From an uncultured Gammaproteobacteria bacterium (GTDB lineage Bacteria > Patescibacteriota > Microgenomatia > Levybacterales > UBA12049), in the NCBI GenBank assembly GCA_964628435.1, contig CAZVON010000004.1, forward strand, positions 1-62,402: a DNA stretch of 62,402 nucleotides, read 5' to 3'. Position numbers and translations under genes: made by a program. Shown one piece after another: positions 39,934-50,782 of the stretch; within the stretch, counting starts at the first letter, position 1; each line of letters starts with the position of its first letter. Below the pieces are notes generated by a model. It was given only the letters and a program-made list of their open reading frames with translations. It was not told the origin of the DNA and did not search any database.

Positions 39934-40590
39934 TTAACTTTTTAGCGGTTTTTTAGCAACAGCAAGCATTTGCCCTGCTTTTGGTTTCCACGGAGAAAGA
40001 AGGTACAATTTTACAAGAAAAGGTATTTTAGGAAGTCGCTCTTTCAGTTTTGCAGGAAGAAACTTCGGTTCTATTTTTATAATTTCGAAATTGTAATTTT
40101 GCAGCAAATCTCGAATACTTTCATGAGTAAGTATGGTCCGATGAGTATAGTCATCGAAATAATTTCGATAGAAATAAGTAAAGTTAGGCTGCATGCTAAT
40201 AAAAAGTCCCCCAGGACGCAAAATTCTATATACGTGACGGAGAACAGACTCGATTTCAGTTAATTCAAGGTGTTCCAATAACCCAGCAGCAAACACTATA
40301 TCAAATTTATTTTTTGGAATATTTCCAAGCTTTGTACAGTCCTGAACATGGAGTATTATATTCTTATGGGCGTATTTTTTTATTATCGGAGACTTATCGT
40401 TTGCATGCTTCTCAGAAGCAATAACATTATTTATAAAATTACAATAGCCTGCACCCAAATCTAAAACAACGCTAGTGGATGGTATATATTTTTTTTGTAT
40501 ATACTCAACAATAGGCCTCCACATTCGGTCTCTATATTTTAGAAATGGAACTCGTGTGTCGAAATATCTATCATAGAGGTGTTTTGCCAT
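39934..40590 (-). CDS. Class I SAM-dependent methyltransferase
   Basis: Motif I VVLDLGAGYCNF, FDIVFAAGLLEHL and LRPGGLF. Confidence 0.75.
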   Translation of the reverse strand: MAKHLYDRYFDTRVPFLKYRDRMWRPIVEYIQKKYIPSTSVVLDLGAGYCNFINNVIASEKHANDKSPIIKKYAHKNIILHVQDCTKLGNIPKNKFDIVFAAGLLEHLELTEIESVLRHVYRILRPGGLFISMQPNFTYFYRNYFDDYTHRTILTHESIRDLLQNYNFEIIKIEPKFLPAKLKERLPKIPFLVKLYLLSPWKPKAGQMLAVAKKPLKS

Positions 40591-40616
40591 ATGGGTATAT
40601 TACCATAAATGCTTTC

Positions 40617-41351
40617 CTAGCTTAAGGTTTTCATAATGCGGATACCATGCCATCTGATCCAAAAAAATAGTATAAATATAAGAAGTTTAAGTCCCCATTT
40701 GGTAATATTGAGTATGCTACCAGTAATTGCTGATTCCCCAATCCGCTTTCTAAATGAAACTGGAATTTCTACGAAAGGGATCGTATGCGCTACAACCTGT
40801 AACGTTACTTCAGTTACAAAATGTGAATCTCCTGTAAGCCAACGTGAGTCAAGGTATTTAACAATATCTTTTCGTATAAGTTTGTATGTACACCCTACAT
40901 CTGTAATTGTGCTTGAAAGAAACAATAATTGAATTAACTTCCCCTCAAAAATATCAGCAATCCTCCGAACAAAAAACATTTCCGAATCCTCGGCAATAAG
41001 GCTGGAATTAGTTCTTGTTCCCAAGACTACTGGAAAATCATCAGTATATGCAATGAATTTCTCAACGTCCTTTGGATTATATGAGCCATCTCCCTCACAA
41101 AGAATTACAAAATCTCCTTTTGCACTTCGCATTCCCAAACGTAAAGCATACCCCTGCCCTTGTTTCTTTTCAAAAAAAATTTTGGCCTTTGTTTTTTTAA
41201 CCTCATCCACTGTACCATGCTCCGCATTGTTATCGACAACGATTACCTCATCAACAATACCTGTATCAAAAAAATCTTCAATAACTTTTCTGATAGATCT
41301 CCTTTCTTTATATGTTGCCAAAACAACAGAGACAGTTTTCTTTTTATACAT
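40617..41351 (-). CDS. GT2, polyprenyl-phosphate glycosyltransferase (DPM1/ArnC-like), start taken at M17
   Basis: VSVVLATYKERRSI, VIVVDNNAEHGT, GQGYALRLG, CEGDGSY, and a C-terminal TM pair. Confidence 0.75.
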   Translation of the reverse strand: MYKKKTVSVVLATYKERRSIRKVIEDFFDTGIVDEVIVVDNNAEHGTVDEVKKTKAKIFFEKKQGQGYALRLGMRSAKGDFVILCEGDGSYNPKDVEKFIAYTDDFPVVLGTRTNSSLIAEDSEMFFVRRIADIFEGKLIQLLFLSSTITDVGCTYKLIRKDIVKYLDSRWLTGDSHFVTEVTLQVVAHTIPFVEIPVSFRKRIGESAITGSILNITKWGLKLLIFILFFWIRWHGIRIMKTLS

Positions 41352-41352
41352 A

Positions 41353-42684
41353 CTATTTTTCAATAAATCCATTAGATAATATATGCTCGTATAAAACACT
41401 TGCTATCTTTTCATTAGCCAAGTCTGTATAGTGTACATCATCAGTAAAATACTTAAGGTTCTTGGGCATTGTCTTGTCAAGATCAATGAACGAAATCTTG
41501 TTTTCTAGAGCTATTTCTTTTGTGGCATTATTAAATTCATTCAGTGATTGAATGACAGAGGAGATAGAGGGATATTTTCCATCCTTACTGCAATGAATTG
41601 CTGGAAAATAAATTTTACGTAGCTCTTCCCTACTCAAGTCTTCTTTATAAAGATTAGGTTGATTTCCCAAAATCAACGCTACCTGATCGTTTTTAGTAAT
41701 ATCAATAAACGACTGCATGTTTCTTTTGTATGAAAATAGGCTTGGAAGATTTTTCATCTCATACTGTCTCGTCGTTTCTAGATCATCATAATATGACTTA
41801 GAATAATTCGATGTGTGCCAATAAAGAAAATCAGAATAGAGATTTTCTTGGATAAATTTTAAAATAAAATCAACCGTTACAAATTTGAAGGTTATAAGTG
41901 ATTGCGGCTGAAAATAATTTTTAACCATCAAAGCATCTGCGCCTAAATAATGCGAATAATCAGTCGTAAAAGGCTTTATCGCCCAATATGAGGGCGTGCA
42001 TGAATAATACCAGTCATTAATACCGTGCCACATAACAATCATATCTGGAGCAAAGTCTTTTATTTTAAATAAGTACTGAATAAGAGAGTGCTCGCTAGTA
42101 TACCCATCAACTCCAGCATTTATTACTTCTATTTTTTTGTGTGGGAAATGTTGCTGTAAAAGTTTCTCAAGTAGCTTAGAAGATGTTTTTTCAAACGAGG
42201 TTCCTCGACTTAACACCGTTGATCCACCAAGAACAAAGATTCTATATACCCCATCAGGTTTTTGTTTGCTCATTTCCTCAGACCTGAATCCATGTGAATT
42301 AACTTTTGTCGTGTAATCTTTTGTTAATTGTAACTGTAAAAAAGGATGAAAGTAATCAATGGAATATATATATGAATGTGATTCGTAATTTTTATATTTA
42401 TTACGAAAGAATAATTCAGTTGACAACAAAGGAAGTATTATAATTAGCAAACAAATAAGTATTTTTTTCTTCCGAGTGAGAAAAAATTTTTTTTCTTTCA
42501 TTTTTAATTTCGATTTTAGTAGCATTAAATATGGGAGATATAAAAGAAAAAGGGTTGCTAAAACAATGAAATATTTTTTTGTGTACTTACCAAGTATCTC
42601 TGGATGTGCTGAAGTATGAAAAACTAATCCAAGAAAGAAAACGATATATACTGTATGAAATAAAATAACAATGAATTTAATCAT
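41353..42684 (-). CDS. Membrane-anchored SGNH/GDSL-family hydrolase or acyl-esterase
   Basis: Three N-terminal TM segments, then block I IFVLGGSTV, block II GVDGYTS, block III WHGINDW and block V DDVHYT. Confidence 0.7.
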   Translation of the reverse strand: MIKFIVILFHTVYIVFFLGLVFHTSAHPEILGKYTKKYFIVLATLFLLYLPYLMLLKSKLKMKEKKFFLTRKKKILICLLIIILPLLSTELFFRNKYKNYESHSYIYSIDYFHPFLQLQLTKDYTTKVNSHGFRSEEMSKQKPDGVYRIFVLGGSTVLSRGTSFEKTSSKLLEKLLQQHFPHKKIEVINAGVDGYTSEHSLIQYLFKIKDFAPDMIVMWHGINDWYYSCTPSYWAIKPFTTDYSHYLGADALMVKNYFQPQSLITFKFVTVDFILKFIQENLYSDFLYWHTSNYSKSYYDDLETTRQYEMKNLPSLFSYKRNMQSFIDITKNDQVALILGNQPNLYKEDLSREELRKIYFPAIHCSKDGKYPSISSVIQSLNEFNNATKEIALENKISFIDLDKTMPKNLKYFTDDVHYTDLANEKIASVLYEHILSNGFIEK

Positions 42685-43783
42685 AAGTCATGAATTTATG
42701 AATCAATTCTTCTAACCTTTTTCCGTTTTTCTCCCATGTCCAATTTTTTTTAATGTGAATCCGAGCATTCTTACTCATTTCTGACAACAGGTGAGGGGAT
42801 GAAAGCAGTAATTCAATTTTTTCAGTGAGTGTTTTGGGATCCCTTGGTATCAAATATCCCGTTTTTCCGTCAATGATAGTCTCCTTATATCCGCCTTCGT
42901 TAACAGCTATTACCGGAACGCCACATGCCATAGCCTCAAGAGGAATTAATCCAAAAGGTTCACGTATGCTCAAACACAAAACAATTCTAGCCTTGCAGTA
43001 CTCCTGCATAAGATTATATTCGCTTAAAGTAAAATTAGACCTTTTTTTAGAAATTATTTTTATTGACAAATTCTTCTCGGTTAGTTCTTTGACTTTTGTG
43101 AGAATCTTCATGCCTTCATTATTTGTTTTATCTCCAACAAAAAGTATATCGTACTCTTTTTTAATGTTTGTATTTTTGAATTGATGTATATCAACGCCAG
43201 GATAACAAACCCTTGTTTTAATACCGTAGGCCTTTTCACAATTTTTAGCAGTATACAATGAATTTGTTATTATATATTTTGCAGCTAGCACATTTTTTGT
43301 GTCTATATATTTTCTAATTTCTCTTGTCACAAACTCATACCATTTTTTAAATATACTGACATCTTCATTAAATCTAAATTCAGATTCATATACAATTCGC
43401 AGCCACTCATGACAATAGTATATGTTTTTGGTTTTTAAAAATTTGAGGAGAAATGGCGCTTGTGTATATTTATCGGGATGTACAATAACCATGTCATATC
43501 CTCTATTGTCGATATCTTGGGCAATCTTCTTGTGTAAATATTTGAGTGTAATAAAATTTTTATAATCTCTCACTATTCTTGATAAAAAAAATGGCAATCT
43601 GTTATACTGGGTAAATTGATATGTATAGGTCTGACGTGTTACTTTTTTAAAAGAAAAAAAATCATCCTCTGGTAAGAGTTGATAAAGGTCTACTAAATTT
43701 TTACTCGATAAATAATCAATCTGCTCATATACAACTTTCTTTGCTCCACTAAGTGGAAGATTATGAAAAAAAGCAATTTTCAT
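42677..43783 (-). CDS. Glycosyltransferase family 4 (GT-B)
   Basis: REPFGLIPLEAMACGVPVIAVNEGGYKETI (EX7E-type region). Confidence 0.8.
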   Translation of the reverse strand: MKIAFFHNLPLSGAKKVVYEQIDYLSSKNLVDLYQLLPEDDFFSFKKVTRQTYTYQFTQYNRLPFFLSRIVRDYKNFITLKYLHKKIAQDIDNRGYDMVIVHPDKYTQAPFLLKFLKTKNIYYCHEWLRIVYESEFRFNEDVSIFKKWYEFVTREIRKYIDTKNVLAAKYIITNSLYTAKNCEKAYGIKTRVCYPGVDIHQFKNTNIKKEYDILFVGDKTNNEGMKILTKVKELTEKNLSIKIISKKRSNFTLSEYNLMQEYCKARIVLCLSIREPFGLIPLEAMACGVPVIAVNEGGYKETIIDGKTGYLIPRDPKTLTEKIELLLSSPHLLSEMSKNARIHIKKNWTWEKNGKRLEELIHKFMTYD

Positions 43784-44619
43784 TTTCTATTCGTTGTTAG
43801 ACTTATAAAATCACTCCCAAAAACAATATTAAATGGAAATATTGTAGAAATCGGATGAAGAAACACAATAAGATTGAAAAGAGTGTCTTTTACGCTAATA
43901 ATTGGTTTTTTTGCCGTTACATTAGTACTTCGTATTGATCCATAAAAATCATGTGTTTTATATAAATTTTTTAACGAAAAATATGTTGGCTCGTTAATAT
44001 GCATAACAGCATGAGAATCTGTTCTCAGATCTTTGGGTCGAGCGATATTTGGATAAGAACCTTTAAATAGCAAATTCCAAAAAAAAACTAATACAGTACT
44101 AAGTGGGTACGAGTAATATCTATAGCCAAAATCGTTGAACCACTTATTCGGAGCAGTGTGAACTATCAATTTTCCATTTTCTTTTAAAACTCTTTTTATT
44201 TCTTCAAACATTATATCTAATTCTTCAGAATAAAGATGTTCAGCGACATCAGTAAGAATGACCAAGTCAAAAAAAGAATCTTTAAATTTTAATTTTTTCC
44301 CATCCATTACAAAGAAATTAGTTTTTTTCTGAATATTCTTTGATTTCTTTTTTTGAATAGATTTTGCAAGCACTATGGCTTCTTTTGAATAATCTATCCC
44401 GGTGGCTATCGCACCTTTTTTAGCACAATAAAGCACCATCTCTCCCCTTCCACATCCAATATCAAGCACTCTTTTTCCTTTTACAGAAGTAAGAAACTTT
44501 ATAATCTCCTTGAAGCGGGGCTCAAGCTTATCTCCTTGGCTTTCTTGAAATTCTTTATACCCTGTACAATCAGTCAAATAATATTTCTTTGTGTATACCT
44601 TAGGATTAACTCTTCTCAT
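43780..44619 (-). CDS. Class I SAM-dependent methyltransferase
   Basis: Motif I VLDIGCGRGEMV, FDLVILTDVAEHL and LKENGKLIV. Confidence 0.75.
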   Translation of the reverse strand: MRRVNPKVYTKKYYLTDCTGYKEFQESQGDKLEPRFKEIIKFLTSVKGKRVLDIGCGRGEMVLYCAKKGAIATGIDYSKEAIVLAKSIQKKKSKNIQKKTNFFVMDGKKLKFKDSFFDLVILTDVAEHLYSEELDIMFEEIKRVLKENGKLIVHTAPNKWFNDFGYRYYSYPLSTVLVFFWNLLFKGSYPNIARPKDLRTDSHAVMHINEPTYFSLKNLYKTHDFYGSIRSTNVTAKKPIISVKDTLFNLIVFLHPISTIFPFNIVFGSDFISLTTNRK

Positions 44620-45838
44620 TAAAATTATTAAAAACTTTCCACGTATAATAAACCATTACTGGCAAAGCCGCAACTGATCCAATCAGTGCCGAGATAGCTG
44701 CGCCTTTCATGCCATAGTGCTGAACAAGAGGAACAATAGGAATAAGCAATCCTACGGTACTAAGTAAGGTCACCATGGTAACATATTTTTGCTTTCCAAC
44801 AGCAAGAAACAATACTGAAGTAAAACCAGAAATTGCTCTTATAATCCCAAAGACTGCAAGAATAGGTAAAATAGAGCTTATGAAAATCCATTTTTCCCCT
44901 AATATAAAAGCAATAATTTCTCTTGGAAATAAATAGAGAAGTAAACCAAAGGGTACAGTTAATAATGAAGTCGCAATAATAGTTTTAAGAAAAGCATTCC
45001 GCAAACGTTTTTTGTCTGTAGATATTTTTGCGAATATTGGGAAGGTGACCCGAGAAAACACATCTGCTATTTCTGTAATCGGAAGTATCGATAAAGAATA
45101 AGCCATTTGATACAGTCCTAAAGAAGCAGAACCAAGCAATTTACCAACTACCATATTATCTGCGTTATGAAATAAGTAGTTAAACATCCCACTTGCCGTA
45201 ATCCATTTTCCTTTATGAATAATTGTACGAAGATACTCTCGTTGGAATCTAAAAGTTGGTCCTGGTTTTACAATAGTATGTGAAAGGACTATTTCCAGTA
45301 AAACCCCTGCGATAAGACCAATAACAATCCCAATAGGATGTTGAGTTAATAACGAAAAAAATATTGCGATTGTTGAGTCTACGATAAAAATAGAAAATCT
45401 ATACCAAAATTCTACTTGAAAACGTAAATGTTTTTGAAATTTTACTATCGATGGATTGATAAACCCTCTTAAGAAAGGTACAAGACTTATTGCATATAAT
45501 AACATGGTAGATTCTTCAGAATTAAAAAAATGAGCTATGAGAGGAGTAAAAAGAATGATCAAAAACATTATAATACTACCGCGAACGATTGAAACGATCC
45601 ATGCAGAGTCAATATATGCATCTGTTTTTTTCTCTTGTATTAGAACAACATTTACTCCAGTTTCAGTTATTACTTCTAAAAAACTAAGAACAAGCATTGC
45701 AATTCCGTATGCACCAAATTGCGAGGGAAGAAGTATTCGAGCAAGAATTATAGTTTTCAGAAATGAAACAGCTTTTACACAAGCGCGAAGACTTATTATC
45801 CATGAAACTCCCTTTATGGCCTCTTTTCTGTACCCCAT
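44606..45838 (-). CDS. Wzx-like oligosaccharide/polysaccharide flippase (MOP superfamily)
   Basis: KGVSWIISLRACVKAVSFLKTIILARILLPSQFGAYG, about 12 TM segments, 410 aa. Confidence 0.7.
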   Translation of the reverse strand: MGYRKEAIKGVSWIISLRACVKAVSFLKTIILARILLPSQFGAYGIAMLVLSFLEVITETGVNVVLIQEKKTDAYIDSAWIVSIVRGSIIMFLIILFTPLIAHFFNSEESTMLLYAISLVPFLRGFINPSIVKFQKHLRFQVEFWYRFSIFIVDSTIAIFFSLLTQHPIGIVIGLIAGVLLEIVLSHTIVKPGPTFRFQREYLRTIIHKGKWITASGMFNYLFHNADNMVVGKLLGSASLGLYQMAYSLSILPITEIADVFSRVTFPIFAKISTDKKRLRNAFLKTIIATSLLTVPFGLLLYLFPREIIAFILGEKWIFISSILPILAVFGIIRAISGFTSVLFLAVGKQKYVTMVTLLSTVGLLIPIVPLVQHYGMKGAAISALIGSVAALPVMVYYTWKVFNNFNEKS

Positions 45839-45869
45839 GTCACTTATTATATCAAGGTATCAAGCTTCT

Positions 45870-48413
45870 TTATCTTTCAAACACAGTAGTTGTAATTGGG
45901 GCGGCAAGAAGTCCAGAAAAATAATAATCAACATCGTTTAAGAAAACTCTAGAATATTTAAAATCAAGAAGAAAAATAACTCTCTTTTTGTATCCTTCCT
46001 TCTCAAATCTTCTGAGTAATTTTTTTTGCGGAGTGTCTTTAAGTAGCTTGTCATTTATTTCGCTATTTGTCAAAACTATAATCTTAGGCAACATATTACT
46101 CGTGTAATCAATTACTTGATACGCATATCTATTATCCTGCTTTATGTTATATTGACTAAAATAAAATTCTTTTTGAATAATGTCAGGAATATTTTGATAA
46201 ATTGGTATGTTTTCTATTCCTATTACTTGACTTTTTGGAATATTTTTTTCTATCCACTCTGAAGATATTTCCTGCGGACTTTTTATTGATTTCATATATA
46301 TCCACGCTAGTAATTCATATGTTTGGACTAAAAAAACAAGTGAAATAAAAATCACGAGTCCTACTCTCAGTTTATTCAATTTTATTGTTTGCTGAACAAA
46401 AGATCCAATAATCAATACAAAAAAAGGTAACAAAACCAAACTTCTATTCCCAGCTGCCCATACCTGAAGTGGTAAAAGACTAATAAGAAAAACTAAAAAG
46501 GAAATGAATAAAAATAATTCAAGCCGATAATATCGCAAGCTTTTTTTCAATCCGTTTTTAAGAAAAATATATATCCAACCTCCTGTAGAGATAATAAAAA
46601 GTAAAAATAATCCATGTCCAAAAATAACTGGATAATGGCGATAAAATAAATACATATATGGATTCATACCTATCTGAAACCATGAAGTAGTTTGAGGGCT
46701 CTGTACGATATTTTCATAAAGGTAAACTAAGATATTTCCTTTTCCGAAAATCATATCAGGCATACCGAAAATTAAAATAATAAAAATAAACAAAGTAATT
46801 CCCGAAAGTAGATATCGTATGTTTTCTTTCCAAGAAGTTTTAAATAGAAGATAAGAAAATATGTAAAGAGCAAAAAGCGGTATAGCGCTCACTTTTACTG
46901 CAACTGCCAACCCACAAGGAATTGCTGATAAAAGAAAATTGCGATCATTCGGATCTTTGCTAAAACGAATGAGAAAATAAAACGAGGTAATAATCCAAAA
47001 CATAAGAGCAATATCATATTTGAAATATCCACTGAGAGATAACCAAATTGGAGTAAAAGTAAACAGGAATATTGCTAATTTTCTTGAAATATTTAATATT
47101 TCAGCAATTTTATAAAAAACTATTGTCGACAATATTCCAAAAATTATTGTTTGTAGTCGTAGAACTTCAAAAATTCTTTCTTTCATAAGTGAATTGTCTA
47201 TTTGGAGTAAAAATGGATCGATAATCTTTAAAAATATGAATGGGACAAGATAAAAACCTGATAAAAGAAAGTGAAGCATTGTTCCATTTGCGGAACCTGC
47301 CGTATTTGGACTGCCATATCTAAAGGTATTTGCTACTGCTTGCAGTTGATGCCATTCATCCATATGATATGGGAAAGGATGATTTACGTTTGGTATTCCC
47401 CATCTCAAAGTAAAAAGTAAAAGCGAAGTATATATAAGAATTACAAAAAATAAGAATTTATTTTTATTAATATAGCTCCAATAATTAAACATGAGTACAG
47501 TTTTTAGAAGACCTATTGTTGTTCCTGACAAAACTGCTATATCGGAAGTTATCTGCAAGAAAGGTAAAATAAAAATAGCTTGTTTATCATTCACATATTT
47601 ATAGTTTTTAGACACTGACCAGATTAGATAGAGCAATATACAGGCAAGCAATATCATTGCTCCCAGTAAAGACCTATATAAAACAATAAGAAATATAAAA
47701 TATATAGAAAGTATATATCGCAAGAAAATCAGTAAAACTTTCGATCTAAAAATCGTCGCTTCCGCATCACCAAAGGCAAATCGAAAAAACATAACAAATG
47801 TTTCTTTAAAATTTTTTCTTGGGATCCAACAAACAATTGCATCTTTTGCAAATACTATTTTTGCTTTTATCTTTTCCAGTCGTCTAGAAAAGTCATAATC
47901 CTCATTGTGCGAAAGTTTTTCATTAAATCCTCCAATCTTTTTCCAGATAGTTTTCCTAAATGCCATAGATCGAGTTGCTGGAAGAAAATTATTAGGATCT
48001 ACTTTGTCCACCATAACCAGAACATACGGAATAAGAGATTTTTGGAAAACAGTTTGTACTTTCCCTTTATAATATCCAGCAACCACATCTATTTTTGAAT
48101 TTATAAAAGGTTTTACAATATTTTTAATCCAATTTCTATCTAATATATTTCCTGCATCAGAACAAATAATCACATCTCCAGTTGCATTTTTAATAGCTTC
48201 ATTTCTCCCTATTGATCTATTTCCTCTTTTTTCAATAATCTTTATTTTAAGATTCTTTTGTTTACTTGAAATTACCGATACGGTTGCATCGGTACTTCCT
48301 CCATCAACAATAATAATTTCATCAGGTTTTAACGTTTGAGAGCGTAATGAAGTAAGAAATTGAACAATTGTCTTTTCTTCATTGAAAACTGTTGTTATAA
48401 AAGAAATTTTCAT
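45870..48413 (-). CDS. Fusion protein: N-terminal GT2 domain plus large GT-C-like polytopic domain plus soluble C-terminal module (847 aa)
   Basis: GT2 part: KISFITTVFNEEKTI, IIIVDGGSTD, CSDAGN, NEDYDF. Then about 14 TM segments with the loop motif YHMDEWHQLQAV. Confidence 0.75.
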   Translation of the reverse strand: MKISFITTVFNEEKTIVQFLTSLRSQTLKPDEIIIVDGGSTDATVSVISSKQKNLKIKIIEKRGNRSIGRNEAIKNATGDVIICSDAGNILDRNWIKNIVKPFINSKIDVVAGYYKGKVQTVFQKSLIPYVLVMVDKVDPNNFLPATRSMAFRKTIWKKIGGFNEKLSHNEDYDFSRRLEKIKAKIVFAKDAIVCWIPRKNFKETFVMFFRFAFGDAEATIFRSKVLLIFLRYILSIYFIFLIVLYRSLLGAMILLACILLYLIWSVSKNYKYVNDKQAIFILPFLQITSDIAVLSGTTIGLLKTVLMFNYWSYINKNKFLFFVILIYTSLLLFTLRWGIPNVNHPFPYHMDEWHQLQAVANTFRYGSPNTAGSANGTMLHFLLSGFYLVPFIFLKIIDPFLLQIDNSLMKERIFEVLRLQTIIFGILSTIVFYKIAEILNISRKLAIFLFTFTPIWLSLSGYFKYDIALMFWIITSFYFLIRFSKDPNDRNFLLSAIPCGLAVAVKVSAIPLFALYIFSYLLFKTSWKENIRYLLSGITLFIFIILIFGMPDMIFGKGNILVYLYENIVQSPQTTSWFQIGMNPYMYLFYRHYPVIFGHGLFLLFIISTGGWIYIFLKNGLKKSLRYYRLELFLFISFLVFLISLLPLQVWAAGNRSLVLLPFFVLIIGSFVQQTIKLNKLRVGLVIFISLVFLVQTYELLAWIYMKSIKSPQEISSEWIEKNIPKSQVIGIENIPIYQNIPDIIQKEFYFSQYNIKQDNRYAYQVIDYTSNMLPKIIVLTNSEINDKLLKDTPQKKLLRRFEKEGYKKRVIFLLDFKYSRVFLNDVDYYFSGLLAAPITTTVFER

Positions 48414-48419
48414 ATATGT

Positions 48420-50357
48420 TTACCAAAATATTGACTCATCAGAAATTTCAAAAAAATTCACACCTTTAACTTCGTTATTTTTAATCGATATTTCTTTTAT
48501 CAGACGAGTTTTATAAAATATTGGAAGTCTTGAAAGGTTAATAAGGCAAGGAGATGTATTGTTACAGGAATAAAATTTTACTGCAGTTTCTAAACTATCT
48601 TTCGTTTTTATTCTCAGGGTACTTTTGTGCTTTTTTTTAAGACTCTTCTTAAACTCTATAATAAGAAATTTATTATCCGAACTCACATTCTTCAAAGATA
48701 ATTCTTTGTTAAGTTCTATCACAGACTTCGTAACAATATTTTTTTTACTTACTTCACTAGGTAAGTTTTTCTTTTTGTATAACCCCTCACTTCTTGGAAT
48801 ATTTCCTAGATCAACTTTTAAAAATGTTTTTTTATACTCATTTAAAGAATCCAAAATTGGATCATTTAAGAAATCTTTTTCATCAACTTTTTTCTCTAAA
48901 ATTAAAAAATCTCCAGAACTCACTTTGGGAAAATAGTTGGTTATAATATACGAGTGTAAAATTGGACTTCTAATATAATTGGGCACTTCGTCCTGGATGG
49001 CATAGTTTTTTGTATTATAAACAACGTATTTAATATTATTTTTTTCTATATATTCAATTGTTTTATTTTGTGCAATTTGAGCTGATGCCTCAAAACTTGA
49101 AGGATAATAAGGCATAGGTTGTTCAAATACCACATAAAAAATAGTATCACCTGGATAGCTAAATATTTTACCATTGAATCCCTTTATTGATTCTGCGACT
49201 CTCTTTACCTTTTCATATTTTTCAATATTTTTTATTGTTAATTTGCCATTTTTATACATACATTGCTCAGGATTTTTAACAGCGTCTGCAGGGCGTAACC
49301 CTATAAAAAACAAAATTATTATTACTATATTTATATAATAGATAAAAATTTTTATATCAGAGATTTTATAAGTCTTGAGTACAGTTTTTAATTCATAAAA
49401 TAAAAAAATATATAAAAGCAGCCCAATAAAAGTGAGCTGAATATCTATGGATCGAATAATATTTTTCTGTTCCAGCAGAATAAGTGCAAATACTAATGCA
49501 ATTTGTATATAACTATTTAGTGTTGCTTTTTTCCTAAGATAAACTAATCGATAAATAATAAAAGATATTGTCAAAAAAAGACTAACGAAGGTAAATACAT
49601 TGTCCACTGTTGCAAAGGAATGAAAAAAAGGCGTTTTCGCAAATTTCGATATATCTGATAACTCAAATAGAGAAAAAAAGAAATAAGAAAAATAATGATT
49701 TGTGACAAGATAAGTTAAAAAAGGCATAATACCAACTAAAAAACAAAGAACAAATATAATCAAATCGAACAAAAATTTATTTTCTTTCTTAAATCCATTT
49801 CTTAACACTTTGTCAGTCGTCAGCATAGCAATAAATAGCACAAATCCGTATATCGCCTGATCATTAAAAAAAGGAAACGCCAATCCATTCAGAACACCTG
49901 CTGATAGAATAATTTTTCGTTGAGATTTAATTTTGTGAGAAAATAGTATAAATGCATGTGAACATGCAAAAAAAACTAATACTCCATACCTACTAAATAT
50001 TTCAAAACCCGTAATTGTAAAAGCAAATAGAAAAAGAATAAAAACTGAAAAATAAGAAAAAAGCCTATCACGAAATATGGTATGTATTATGAAATAAAAA
50101 AATGTAAGTAAAAATGGAGTTAAGAAAAAGTATATGATAGAAAAAAATAGATTTTGACCTTTTAAATAAGTTACAAAGCCATAATACGGAAAGAAAATAT
50201 GTTTGTATGGAAACTGGCCAATTGAAGCTGAATACTGCCACGCAAGCTGGATTTGATTATCATAATTTAACTCAGTATAGCTTTTACACAAATGTATAAG
50301 ATTGGGAATAGACAGAAAAGACAGTATAATAAATAAGACGATAAGTTCTTTTCTCAT
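48420..50357 (-). CDS. Large polytopic membrane protein with a soluble C-terminal domain of about 270 aa (GT-C-like candidate)
   Basis: About 11 TM segments, followed by ...IKYVVYNTKNYAIQDEV..., a module resembling the tails of the other GT-C-like proteins here. Confidence 0.5.
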   Translation of the reverse strand: MRKELIVLFIILSFLSIPNLIHLCKSYTELNYDNQIQLAWQYSASIGQFPYKHIFFPYYGFVTYLKGQNLFFSIIYFFLTPFLLTFFYFIIHTIFRDRLFSYFSVFILFLFAFTITGFEIFSRYGVLVFFACSHAFILFSHKIKSQRKIILSAGVLNGLAFPFFNDQAIYGFVLFIAMLTTDKVLRNGFKKENKFLFDLIIFVLCFLVGIMPFLTYLVTNHYFSYFFFSLFELSDISKFAKTPFFHSFATVDNVFTFVSLFLTISFIIYRLVYLRKKATLNSYIQIALVFALILLEQKNIIRSIDIQLTFIGLLLYIFLFYELKTVLKTYKISDIKIFIYYINIVIIILFFIGLRPADAVKNPEQCMYKNGKLTIKNIEKYEKVKRVAESIKGFNGKIFSYPGDTIFYVVFEQPMPYYPSSFEASAQIAQNKTIEYIEKNNIKYVVYNTKNYAIQDEVPNYIRSPILHSYIITNYFPKVSSGDFLILEKKVDEKDFLNDPILDSLNEYKKTFLKVDLGNIPRSEGLYKKKNLPSEVSKKNIVTKSVIELNKELSLKNVSSDNKFLIIEFKKSLKKKHKSTLRIKTKDSLETAVKFYSCNNTSPCLINLSRLPIFYKTRLIKEISIKNNEVKGVNFFEISDESIFW

Positions 50358-50782
50358 AGTCTTTTTTTATCTTTTTTCTTAATCTTGCTCGTAAATCTTA
50401 AGACAAAGAAAAAAACTGGTTGATACAATATAAAGATAAAGAAAATTACAGTGTCTAAATAAAAAGGATAGCCGAAAAAATGTGTATAACCTACAATCTT
50501 TGTTTCATCTATTTTTGGAGGTGGCAACGAATCCCTAATATTTCTAAATGACAGCACAAAAACGATCAGAAATAAGCCCAGGAGTAATAAATTTACTAAA
50601 AGTATTGATCGTTTTTTTGAGAGATATATACTATAAAAAATTGGTAGGAAAATGAAAAGAATTGTGATCATCAATAAGATTTCTCGAAAGATGGCGTGAG
50701 GTAGAAAAAATAGTACTGATGAAAAAAAAGTTAAACCTAGTAAATACAGACTTGATTGCTTACTTATATTTCTTAGTCCCAT
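50354..50782 (-). CDS. Small 4-TM membrane protein, unknown function
   Basis: 142 aa, hydrophobic, overlapping both neighbouring genes in the same operon. Confidence 0.5.
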   Translation of the reverse strand: MGLRNISKQSSLYLLGLTFFSSVLFFLPHAIFREILLMITILFIFLPIFYSIYLSKKRSILLVNLLLLGLFLIVFVLSFRNIRDSLPPPKIDETKIVGYTHFFGYPFYLDTVIFFIFILYQPVFFFVLRFTSKIKKKDKKRL

